IMG/VR virus record: IMGVR_UViG_3300008110_000034
Location: 32,001-96,000 of that record
DNA: 64,000 bases
Strand: one strand, 5' to 3'
From: a virus
The notes under the pieces: model-generated
The model's database searches: none
What the model was told of the DNA's origin: nothing
What the model saw: the letters and a program-made list of their open reading frames with translations, nothing else
In this document: positions 37,930-46,721 of the stretch, one piece after another
Layout of the letters: the number at the start of each line of letters is the position of its first letter
Numbering within the stretch: the first letter of the stretch is position 1
Position numbers and translations under genes: made by a program

Positions 37930-38755
37930 ATAATTCCTTATTGTCCATTAATCGTAGTAAACTAAGTTTATTCATAACATGCACATCCATACCTTCAGTC
38001 TTGGACACAATGTATTCATTAGCAGACGAGGGATGTTCTAATAAAAATGTCATTTTATTATCTTCAAATGATAAGATATGATCTTTATCTAATACATATG
38101 CTATTTTGGCTGGAAATATTTCTATAAAATTTTCTTTAGAAAACCCATTAAACATATGTATCGCAATACTATACGCGATGTCATTTCGATAATTTGAACT
38201 TAATGTTTGATACATCATCACATAATAGCTCCAATTATCTTTAATATATTCAACTAAATTAAAAAATAATTGATTCTTTTCAGTTTTTCTAAAATAAAAA
38301 ACAGTGGCCCAATAAAAATCAATGCTATATTCACTAATGTGATTAAATTCTTTGATATTTCTCCAACTAGCTAGATCAAAACTATCTTTAAAAATTAAAA
38401 AATCGCTAGTCTTACCCCAGCAACAATTTAAAAAATCAGAGTTAATTATATAATCGCAGTCAATTACTAAAGTTTCATCGTAAGGACTTAGGTCATAACA
38501 GGTGTGTCTAGAAAGATTATTCCACTCATCGACAAAGTTTTTTAAAGACCCGTCATGAAATAATCTTTTTTGACCCAATTCTTTCGCTAAAAGAATAACA
38601 TTGTCAAATAAATTTTCTTTATCAACTTGTACATCAGTAACTAATGTAACAGGTACCTTTAAAAATTGTGCGACTCTACTAGCAGCCAGCTTGGCTAATT
38701 TAACATAATCAATAGTTTCGTTATTGAAGGCAAAGATTAAGACACCCTTAGTCAT
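37922..38755 (-). CDS. GT-A/GT8-like glycosyltransferase (paralog B2)
   Basis: DYVKLAKLAA, SPYDETLVIDCDY (DxD) and DVHVMNK. Confidence 0.6.
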   Translation of the reverse strand: MTKGVLIFAFNNETIDYVKLAKLAASRVAQFLKVPVTLVTDVQVDKENLFDNVILLAKELGQKRLFHDGSLKNFVDEWNNLSRHTCYDLSPYDETLVIDCDYIINSDFLNCCWGKTSDFLIFKDSFDLASWRNIKEFNHISEYSIDFYWATVFYFRKTEKNQLFFNLVEYIKDNWSYYVMMYQTLSSNYRNDIAYSIAIHMFNGFSKENFIEIFPAKIAYVLDKDHILSFEDNKMTFLLEHPSSANEYIVSKTEGMDVHVMNKLSLLRLMDNKELYV

Positions 38756-39102
38756 AATTGAACTAAACTCTCAACCTTTCTAGAAAGTTTTAATTGTTGA
38801 TATTTGGTTTGATAACTGTTAACTGCCATAAAGTACTGATTTAGAATATCTTCTAAAAACACATTAAGATTTTTGATCTTGATGGGAAGGTCGTTATCAT
38901 CTATAAGCACCACATCTGTATCTTGTTTCAAGTCTATAAGAGTTTTTACAAAAGTTATTAGATCTTTTGATACTTGGAACGTGTGCCCTTGGAAAAAATA
39001 AACTAGATTTTGTTTGAATTCTTGCTTTAAAATTGACTTTTGATTAGCTAAAGTTGTCATATAATTGGCAACTTCATACGCTTTTTGAACTTTGTCGTCC
39101 AT
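38752..39102 (-). CDS. Hypothetical protein
   Basis: ATG 39102 (MDDKVQK) with SD GGAG. Confidence 0.7.
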   Translation of the reverse strand: MDDKVQKAYEVANYMTTLANQKSILKQEFKQNLVYFFQGHTFQVSKDLITFVKTLIDLKQDTDVVLIDDNDLPIKIKNLNVFLEDILNQYFMAVNSYQTKYQQLKLSRKVESLVQL

Positions 39103-39111
39103 TTTTACTCC

Positions 39112-39157
39112 AAAAAAATAACTATACTGCCTAAGCAAGTATAGTTATCTTTTTTTT
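39112..39157. terminator. Bidirectional intrinsic terminator
   Basis: About 13-bp stem ATAACTATACTGC-CTAA-GCAAGTATAGTTAT with a one-nt bulge, flanked by an A tract and a T8 tract. Confidence 0.75.
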
Positions 39158-39179
39158 AAGCCTTAATCTAAAGTCTTGA

Positions 39180-40235
39180 TTAAGTCATTGTGGATGTAAC
39201 TGTTGGAGCGACAATTGTAACACTGTTAGTTCCGGAAGTTTGAATAGTTCCAACCGGTCTTAATAAAGCACAGTTACTAGCAAATGTTCCGTCAACTTGT
39301 TCATCGTTAGGGCCACCGCCGCCAACTGAAGCATCATTATAAGTGATGATGAATGTCATTCCCGAGTTGTCTGCTGTTTTTTGAGCTGTCATAGTAACAG
39401 AAGCAGTATTGTACGGAGTGTTAGTCGCACCAGTTACAACTGAACCAGCAATAGTAAAGAATGTCTGTGGGCTAGTTGTTAATGTTCTATAATTAACACT
39501 AGTAGTAACTGTACCGCTATACAAACCAGCAGTAGAAACAGTAACAGTATCTCCTCTAAACTCAATTGTTCCAAAATTAAGCAATGCTGTCCAGTAGGTG
39601 TTTTTATTGTTAACTGATCCACCGGTACGACTTGCGCTAAATCTAAAACTTCCGCCTGCATTAAAGAAATGTCTTAGATTAGCAGCGGAGTTAGCTGTTG
39701 TTGACCCTTGATTACCGCTTGCTGGATTAGCAGTACTGCCAGTAACAGTAATAGTATGAACTCTAGTACCATTAAAAGTAGCAGTAGTTGAATTTGAACC
39801 AGCCGCATTTGCTAATGTTGTTAGCGAAAACTGAGCTGGGATCGTTACTGTGTTGTTGATAACTGAAACTATTAAATTAGCCTCAGCTGGTCTAACTAGT
39901 TTGTCTGTTGCAATTTGTCCGGACATGTTGGTATATTGTACTCTAAGCGCATCAGAAATAACAGATGTACTTGTTGGAACAATAAGTTGATTATAGGAAC
40001 CAGCTGGACTACCAGTTGCTCCGGAGCCGTTAGTAATACCCACTCCCTGGTGATTTCTGATTCTTATCAAATCGTTTCGTAGATTTGTAAACTGACTCAA
40101 TCTAATAGTTGATCCTGCCACAACTTGAGAAGAAGCTACTGATTGTCCATAACCAGAATTCCCGCTACCGGTGCCTAAAATAGATGCAACTGAAGATTGA
40201 ATAGCATTATATTGTGCTGCTGTAATTTTTGCCAT
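39180..40235 (-). CDS. Putative virion structural / tail-associated protein
   Basis: 351 aa, rich in G/S/T/N/A and predicted beta-strand; last gene of the tail fibre block. Confidence 0.6.
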   Translation of the reverse strand: MAKITAAQYNAIQSSVASILGTGSGNSGYGQSVASSQVVAGSTIRLSQFTNLRNDLIRIRNHQGVGITNGSGATGSPAGSYNQLIVPTSTSVISDALRVQYTNMSGQIATDKLVRPAEANLIVSVINNTVTIPAQFSLTTLANAAGSNSTTATFNGTRVHTITVTGSTANPASGNQGSTTANSAANLRHFFNAGGSFRFSASRTGGSVNNKNTYWTALLNFGTIEFRGDTVTVSTAGLYSGTVTTSVNYRTLTTSPQTFFTIAGSVVTGATNTPYNTASVTMTAQKTADNSGMTFIITYNDASVGGGGPNDEQVDGTFASNCALLRPVGTIQTSGTNSVTIVAPTVTSTMT

Positions 40236-40247
40236 TTTTTCAATTCC

Positions 40248-41741
40248 TTATAAAATAACTGCTTCGACTAATTTGACACCAGAATCATTGTTTGATTCTA
40301 GGGCAATAGCGAAAATATTAAAAATTCCCTTGCTAATAGTGTTACCTACCGCAACTCTTTCGGCACAACCATCGTTGGCCGCAATTAATCGGTCACCTTT
40401 GTTTACTGGACCAACCACTTTTACTGGCACTCTTCCTTTTAAAGCAATGTATGTGCCGCCTTCTAGTGTACTGTTCATCATATAAGCAGGGTTTCCACTT
40501 ACTACACCTAGTGCTCTGTCACCACTTTGTGATGCAGTCACTTCAGCGTCACCGCCTACAGTAACTACGGTTCCTACAATGTAGTCACTGTCAGCTAGAT
40601 ATTTTTCTGCTAAGTCAGCAAATTGTGCTTGTAAAGCAATACCTGTAAAATATTCGCCTTTGATTGAGCCTGGAGGTATAGTAGTACCATCTATTACTTC
40701 TGAAGTATCGGTTCTACAAACAATCGTTCCGGAAGTGCCGGTAATATCAGCTGCTGCATAACTGCCGCCGGCTTCTCTTAAAGTATTAGATTGTGTAGCA
40801 GTACCATTAAATTGTGTAGCATATACTACAGCATACTTTGCTCCAGGGTCACCAATATCGTACGTATTTCCAACATCGGGCATAATTTTAGTTGGAAATA
40901 TCTGCATAAGTTTTGCATTACCTACACCTAATGTTAAACTTGAGCCAGTAGCTCTTACTGTAGGATCCGACCCTTGCATTAAACATTCAAGTTTAGGAGT
41001 CGAAGTTCCTACAGTAAAACCAGAATTAGAAAATGATGCTACGCTAGTAAACGCTGCATTTACACCGGATTTAGTAACATAATCTGAAGATGGGATTCCA
41101 CCTAACTGATCAGCATCAGATGCTACTCCGTGATACTTATATCCTGCATCGGCACTTAGCGTGAGTCCTGTTTTGATTTCAGTAAAGTATTCTAATTCAG
41201 TAGGTTTATCTGGTTCCGATAATACAAAATCGGCCGAAGAACTTACTGTAAATACTCCAATATCTTCTACGATACCTGCAATAATATATCTTAGAGTATT
41301 GTCATCTGCTGTAACTTCAAGTGCCTTCATTTGAATAGTGCCTTGTCCGGCAATACCCTGTGGCCCAATTAGAACTTTTTCTGTTCCGTTCCAAACATAT
41401 AACAAGTCGTTGTCTGTATCAAACCAAAAATCGCCTGCTACTAATCCCGATGGTTCTTGACCACTAGCAATAGAGCCGCCAGCGACTTTAAATCGTGTAC
41501 CGTCAAAGTAATTAAGTTTTTTAGTGCTAGAATTATACCAAAGTTGTCCGGCAATTTTTCGAGGTGGCTCAGTTCCGCCTGCAAAATTTTCTAGCAAATG
41601 TACAAAGTTTTCATTCTGCACTTCTCCGTATCCGGCATAGTTTTTTCCAACTAACTTGATATCTAAAGTGCTATCAACAGTGCCATCTTCTACGATTATT
41701 GGATCGAAAGCGCCACTGTATCTATCAATTGTGTACGGCAT
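40248..41741 (-). CDS. Tail fibre/spike protein with C-terminal intramolecular chaperone (peptidase G2-like)
   Basis: Shared N-module GKNYAGYGE..NENFVHLLENFA; C-terminal ADLAE...GVVSGNPAYMMN...LKGRVPVKVVG. Confidence 0.75.
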   Translation of the reverse strand: MPYTIDRYSGAFDPIIVEDGTVDSTLDIKLVGKNYAGYGEVQNENFVHLLENFAGGTEPPRKIAGQLWYNSSTKKLNYFDGTRFKVAGGSIASGQEPSGLVAGDFWFDTDNDLLYVWNGTEKVLIGPQGIAGQGTIQMKALEVTADDNTLRYIIAGIVEDIGVFTVSSSADFVLSEPDKPTELEYFTEIKTGLTLSADAGYKYHGVASDADQLGGIPSSDYVTKSGVNAAFTSVASFSNSGFTVGTSTPKLECLMQGSDPTVRATGSSLTLGVGNAKLMQIFPTKIMPDVGNTYDIGDPGAKYAVVYATQFNGTATQSNTLREAGGSYAAADITGTSGTIVCRTDTSEVIDGTTIPPGSIKGEYFTGIALQAQFADLAEKYLADSDYIVGTVVTVGGDAEVTASQSGDRALGVVSGNPAYMMNSTLEGGTYIALKGRVPVKVVGPVNKGDRLIAANDGCAERVAVGNTISKGIFNIFAIALESNNDSGVKLVEAVIL

Positions 41742-41762
41742 TAATTACCCCTTTATTCAAAA

Positions 41763-41769
41763 TATTTAT
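41763..41769 (-). promoter_or_regulatory. Putative late promoter (ATAAATA)
   Basis: In the 30-nt gap, followed by a GGGG SD and the ATG at 41741. Confidence 0.5.
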
Positions 41770-41771
41770 CA

Positions 41772-43691
41772 TCAAACGCTACTTGTTAGGTTAGTTACAA
41801 AGGACCAAGCATGTTTTTCGGCAGTTCCTACGACTGAAAATGATCCTTGATCTGTGCCCAGATTACTGTAGGTAAATGAGCTTGGGCCAGTTACTGTAAT
41901 ACTTGTTAAGGCACTAAATGTAGTGTCTGTTGAACAAACAATATCAATTACATTTCCAGTGCTGTATCCATGAGGACTACCAACTGTAATTGTTGCTAAA
42001 TTTGTCGCTCTAGCAGCAGTCGATAATGCAACTGTTGCAGAAGCAGTAACTTGAAATTTCTTTAAAAATCTAGATACAGGATTAATATTATCATCTAAAG
42101 TGCAGTGTACTCTAGCTACAGCACCGACTCGAAATTCATCTTCGGGATAAATGTCATGACAGACTAATGCAATACTGTCATCAGTTGGTGCCGGTAAATC
42201 TGTAATATCTAATGAAAACCCTACAGGTCTAGTATCAACATAAGATCTGTTTGCTGCATCAGTTTGACTTACTGGAGCTGTTACATTCTTAATTAAACTA
42301 GAATTAACATCAACTGATCCTGATCCATTTGGACTAATAATAATATTGCCGTTTGTATCTGTAGAACTTACAGTATTTCCGTTAATGTTTATATTATCAA
42401 TGTTAAGTTGTGCTAGAGTTCCTAAAGAAGTTAAACTTGAACTAACTACAGATGGGCCTAATGTGGTAGAACTTAAAATTAAAGAATTGTCAATTCTGTA
42501 TTCTGTTCCGGTAGGAATATTAATAGTTTGAGATAGTTCCCAAGCATCATTTGACAAGTTGTATAATATAGTTTTGTCTGTTGCTCCGACTAAAATTATT
42601 CCGCCACCGTCGGCACTTAAATCAGTCTGAGCAGTACTATCGCCCAATGCAGGACGATTCAATTCAATATTTTTATCTTCTGAAGTGATAACTGTAGTAT
42701 TCATTGTAACAGTTTCACCTTCGACAATTAAGTCGCCTGTAATTCTTGCATCACCGGTTACATCAAGATTATATTCTGGGTATTCGTTAAAGATACCAAC
42801 TCGACCTTCTAATGTTTCAATTTTTAAAGCAGATATCGGGCCACCGCCCCGTAATGCTTTAATACTAAACCCTTGATTGATCGCATTACTAGAGATTTCA
42901 AATATTGTATCATCTACATATATTTGGCTTTCGTCTGCTTCTCCTAACTTTAAAGGAGTAGAGTTTTGAATAGTTATTGTACCTATTGTCCCAGTGTCTT
43001 GATAGGTTGTCATAAAATTAGACACGGATCTAACTGTACCATTTTCATCAACTAAATTTTCTGCTGCTGAAGCAGTTACATAAAACTTAGGAGAAATAGT
43101 TCCAGGATTGAACCCTTTTCTAATTGTATTTGAAATACCGTTAGTGGAAGGATATCCAGGTATAATTTTCTTTGGTGTGAATTCTGAAGTGTCTTTACTA
43201 AAAATTCCTAATAATATTTGTGCGCACCAGAGATAAACTAAAGTTCTACTTGTTTCAGTTGTATCTAAAATTGTTTCAACTGTAAATCCTGAAAGACCTT
43301 GACTACTTTTATATACTGGTCCAGCTAATACTAAATCTGACCCATCATAAAAATACATTTGATTATCAGTTGGGTTAATCCAAATGTCGCCTTGAGCTAG
43401 TGCAGGTTGTGTAGAACTGACTGTTGAACCGCCAGCTGCTTTAAATCTAGAACCATCATATACTTTTAATTTGTTTACGCTAGTATCGAACCACAACTGT
43501 CCTGTTATTTTGTTCGATGGTTCAGTAGTAGATGCAAAATTTTCTAATAGTTTTAAAAAATTCTCATTGATATATTCACCGTAGCCGGAAACATTTTTAC
43601 CAATTAAGGTAAGATCTGTAGTTTGATCAATGGTTCCATCTATAATTTGAGTAATCTCTACATTTTCTGTGTTATTAATTTTATAGGTCAT
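41772..43691 (-). CDS. Tail fibre protein
   Basis: Shared N-module GKNVSGYGE..NENFLKLLENFA; fibre-type NININGNTVSSTDTNGNIIISPNGSG segments. Confidence 0.7.
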   Translation of the reverse strand: MTYKINNTENVEITQIIDGTIDQTTDLTLIGKNVSGYGEYINENFLKLLENFASTTEPSNKITGQLWFDTSVNKLKVYDGSRFKAAGGSTVSSTQPALAQGDIWINPTDNQMYFYDGSDLVLAGPVYKSSQGLSGFTVETILDTTETSRTLVYLWCAQILLGIFSKDTSEFTPKKIIPGYPSTNGISNTIRKGFNPGTISPKFYVTASAAENLVDENGTVRSVSNFMTTYQDTGTIGTITIQNSTPLKLGEADESQIYVDDTIFEISSNAINQGFSIKALRGGGPISALKIETLEGRVGIFNEYPEYNLDVTGDARITGDLIVEGETVTMNTTVITSEDKNIELNRPALGDSTAQTDLSADGGGIILVGATDKTILYNLSNDAWELSQTINIPTGTEYRIDNSLILSSTTLGPSVVSSSLTSLGTLAQLNIDNININGNTVSSTDTNGNIIISPNGSGSVDVNSSLIKNVTAPVSQTDAANRSYVDTRPVGFSLDITDLPAPTDDSIALVCHDIYPEDEFRVGAVARVHCTLDDNINPVSRFLKKFQVTASATVALSTAARATNLATITVGSPHGYSTGNVIDIVCSTDTTFSALTSITVTGPSSFTYSNLGTDQGSFSVVGTAEKHAWSFVTNLTSSV

Positions 43692-46036
43692 GCAATTACC
43701 CCAGTAAAGATTATGTAGTTAATTGTTGTAAATGGGTTAGTGACATCAATTGGTTGTCCTAACGAGCCTGTTGTGTCAATTCCGCCACTGTTTGTTAAGT
43801 ATTGTGCTTGCAAAGGTGCAGTGCCTCCTAATCCCGATATCGCATCAAGATCCGGTGGAGTTCCAGCAACTTGTCTTACAGCATAATATTGATTTCCTGC
43901 ACCACCTTTTAGATTGTGGCTATGCTGTGGAAGTTGGCTTACAGCTATCGAAACCTCCGGATTACCACTTGATTTTCCAATAGTTGTACTAAACGGAGTT
44001 TCGACACTACCATCAATGATAGGTCTAGCTCCAGAAAATCCTGTTATTGGTAACGTTACTGTTACAAATATTACTGCCGGTGACACCGGAGTTGGTAATG
44101 AAGGTATACCTGATCCAACAACAAGTGCCCCGGTAAATGTACCTTCAGTGAACTCTGTTCCTTTGGCATTAAGAACTACCGATGTTACCTGTCCAAGAGA
44201 ATTTACTATCACATCAACAGTTAATCCTACGCCGTCTCCGCCGCTAATTTGAACATTAGTATAAGTTGTTGATACTGCTGCGTAACCATCGCCCGGATCG
44301 TCTATCACAAAATCAAACTGAGTAGATCTAGTAATAAAGGTCTGATTGTCCATACTATCTCTACCTAGTGCGAATCTTCCTCGCATATCCGGTAAGGCAA
44401 ATGTATTGATACCAATTAAAAGAGTTTGTTCTTTATATTTGTATCCAATGACTGCAAATAAATCAGGATAAGCACCAATGGTTATCTCGCTACCGTCGCA
44501 AAATAAATATCCGCTTGGAGGAGTTTCTCCAGCATATGGTAGAATAGTTCCGGCTGGTATAATAGGAACATTGTTTAGAAGATTTGCTTTAGTTACTTTT
44601 CTTAAACCCGTATTAGGTCTGTGTATTAATAGTTCATCAGTAAACTCGGAACTAAAAATTTCAGTTTTATTTGTTACAAGGTTTTGGCTTAATGTTGCTT
44701 GGAATTGTACATTCCCTCCAACAGTCTCGCCATTAAACGCAATAGCAGGAGCTGAAATATCCCCTGTGATACTAAAGTTAGTAGTACCAACTAACCTAAT
44801 AGCCGAAGTTGCTGTTCCAGTTAAACTACCGGTCACGGGACCTATAAATTCTCCTGAATATACTTTATCAGCATAGACATTCCTCCATGCTTTTCCGCCA
44901 GATACTGACGGATTAGTTCCTAAATCATAAGAACTATCTAAGTTTGGTATAATACTATTTGAGGTAATTTGCCCAGCAACACTAAGATTTTCTCCTACTG
45001 TTACTGATTTTTCTACGCTTATGCCGCCAGCGGTTGCAATAGATAATGCGCCCGTTCCTGATACAGTTAAGCTATTACTAATCTTAGCTGATCCTGTTAC
45101 ATCTAATTCTGTATCAGGAGATAAATTATTAATTCCAACTCTAGGACCTGTTGCTAAAATTCTTAATGCAACTGAATCTGTTCCGCCGTTATTAACTACA
45201 AAGTCAATACTTGATCCAGATGTTTTGTGATATATCTTTGCTGATCCAGCAGTATCTGTACTAATAGATGTAGATGCATTTGCTCCTACACTAATGCCTC
45301 CATCATTTCTAACAGAAAAAGAATAGTTAGTATAGGATGCTACATCTGACCGCAAAAAATTCGCCGCTGGTATAATCTTATTAGATACTACTAGCCCGTC
45401 AGCTGCTTCCGCTGTTCCCCAAAGTTTATTAGTTTCAGTGTTATCGTTAAAGTTTAAAGCAGAAACATTAATACCTTGTTTTATTTCTGTAAACCCAAGA
45501 ATTGCTGCCTTAGGTGAAAATCTATCTTTACTAATGATTGCTACACGATTACCGTTTGAAAACATTGTAACAACATTATAATCTTGGCCATCTTTACCTG
45601 TTATTGTTTCGCCTTCAGCACCAGTCTTATTGACTTCGTTAAAGTTTGGTCCTATTAATGCCCAAGATGAACCGTTGTATAGGTACAACTGTTGATTTTC
45701 AGTATCAACCCATAAATCGCCTGGACGTCCTGAGGTCGGAGTTGCGCTTGCTCTAAAAATATTTCCAGCAGGAACAAAATTTTCTCCATCAAAAACTTGT
45801 AATTGTTGGGTGCTAGGACTTGCATCAAACCAAAGTTGTCCGGTAACTGGGTTTTCTGGCTGGGCGTTGCTGGCAAAATTTTCTAATAAGTGTAAGAAGT
45901 TTTCAGCTATGTCAACACCGTAAGAGGTAGTATTCCTTCCGGTAAATTTTATACTAGTGGAGTTATCCCCAATCTGGTCTTGTACCTGTATTGGTTCCTT
46001 GTTAGTATCAGTGTAATTAACTAGGTAGTATCCCAT
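43688..46036 (-). CDS. Tail fibre protein with tail-collar domain
   Basis: Shared N-module; collar PAGTILPYAG...GYLFCDG...YPDLFAVIG...LPDMRGRF. ATG 46036 with SD GAGG. Confidence 0.8.
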   Translation of the reverse strand: MGYYLVNYTDTNKEPIQVQDQIGDNSTSIKFTGRNTTSYGVDIAENFLHLLENFASNAQPENPVTGQLWFDASPSTQQLQVFDGENFVPAGNIFRASATPTSGRPGDLWVDTENQQLYLYNGSSWALIGPNFNEVNKTGAEGETITGKDGQDYNVVTMFSNGNRVAIISKDRFSPKAAILGFTEIKQGINVSALNFNDNTETNKLWGTAEAADGLVVSNKIIPAANFLRSDVASYTNYSFSVRNDGGISVGANASTSISTDTAGSAKIYHKTSGSSIDFVVNNGGTDSVALRILATGPRVGINNLSPDTELDVTGSAKISNSLTVSGTGALSIATAGGISVEKSVTVGENLSVAGQITSNSIIPNLDSSYDLGTNPSVSGGKAWRNVYADKVYSGEFIGPVTGSLTGTATSAIRLVGTTNFSITGDISAPAIAFNGETVGGNVQFQATLSQNLVTNKTEIFSSEFTDELLIHRPNTGLRKVTKANLLNNVPIIPAGTILPYAGETPPSGYLFCDGSEITIGAYPDLFAVIGYKYKEQTLLIGINTFALPDMRGRFALGRDSMDNQTFITRSTQFDFVIDDPGDGYAAVSTTYTNVQISGGDGVGLTVDVIVNSLGQVTSVVLNAKGTEFTEGTFTGALVVGSGIPSLPTPVSPAVIFVTVTLPITGFSGARPIIDGSVETPFSTTIGKSSGNPEVSIAVSQLPQHSHNLKGGAGNQYYAVRQVAGTPPDLDAISGLGGTAPLQAQYLTNSGGIDTTGSLGQPIDVTNPFTTINYIIFTGVIA

Positions 46037-46037
46037 A

Positions 46038-46646
46038 TTACACCTCACTTAAACCAGTTAGACTTTGAATTCTAACGGTGTAGTCTACTTGAATTACCCT
46101 ATTCAGTGATTTCTGTACGGGATGGAATATTACGTGAGTTAACAATCTTCCAGTACCTGTTGCACTGTACGCTCTAAGACCAAGTTCATCAAAAACGAAA
46201 TCTCCGTTATTATTCGACGTATTATCAAATGCTTCTTGTCCGGCTGGCTCACCGTAATCTAAAAAACAAGTTACAAAAACATCTGTATAATTAGTTCCTG
46301 TAACATGTCTAGTCTCGACCCTATTTCTCGTAGGGTCTATATTTGTTCTTTGTCTATCGTTAACGACTTTAGAGAATTTTTCATTATACAAAGTTGCATT
46401 AGTGCCTGTTGAATTTGGTGTCAAATATGTAATAATTCCGGTAGGATCAATTGTAGTTCCCCCGTTACCAAATACCATTTCTTGTATAAATCCTTGCCCT
46501 TCGTTCGCAATACTTTCAGCAAGGGCAATGCTAATGTTTTCATAATGAATAGCATTTCTTTTATTCACAACGATTTCGCCCGTGTCTGGGTGCCATATTT
46601 TTATATGGCCTTCTATATGTAATCCTGAATGATCTTTACCTTGCAT
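46038..46646 (-). CDS. Putative baseplate / tail-fibre attachment protein
   Basis: 202 aa between the giant structural gene and the fibre genes; FVFDELGL...IFHPVQKS. Confidence 0.55.
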   Translation of the reverse strand: MQGKDHSGLHIEGHIKIWHPDTGEIVVNKRNAIHYENISIALAESIANEGQGFIQEMVFGNGGTTIDPTGIITYLTPNSTGTNATLYNEKFSKVVNDRQRTNIDPTRNRVETRHVTGTNYTDVFVTCFLDYGEPAGQEAFDNTSNNNGDFVFDELGLRAYSATGTGRLLTHVIFHPVQKSLNRVIQVDYTVRIQSLTGLSEV

Positions 46647-46665
46647 AATAATCTCGCTAATAAAT

Positions 46666-46672
46666 TATTTAT
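46666..46672 (-). promoter_or_regulatory. Putative late promoter (ATAAATA)
   Basis: GATAAATA on the - strand, about 20 nt upstream of the ATG at 46646. Confidence 0.5.
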
Positions 46673-46721
46673 CAACACGCATAATACACTATTTTAATAA
46701 CATATCTGTTATTTTTTAAGA

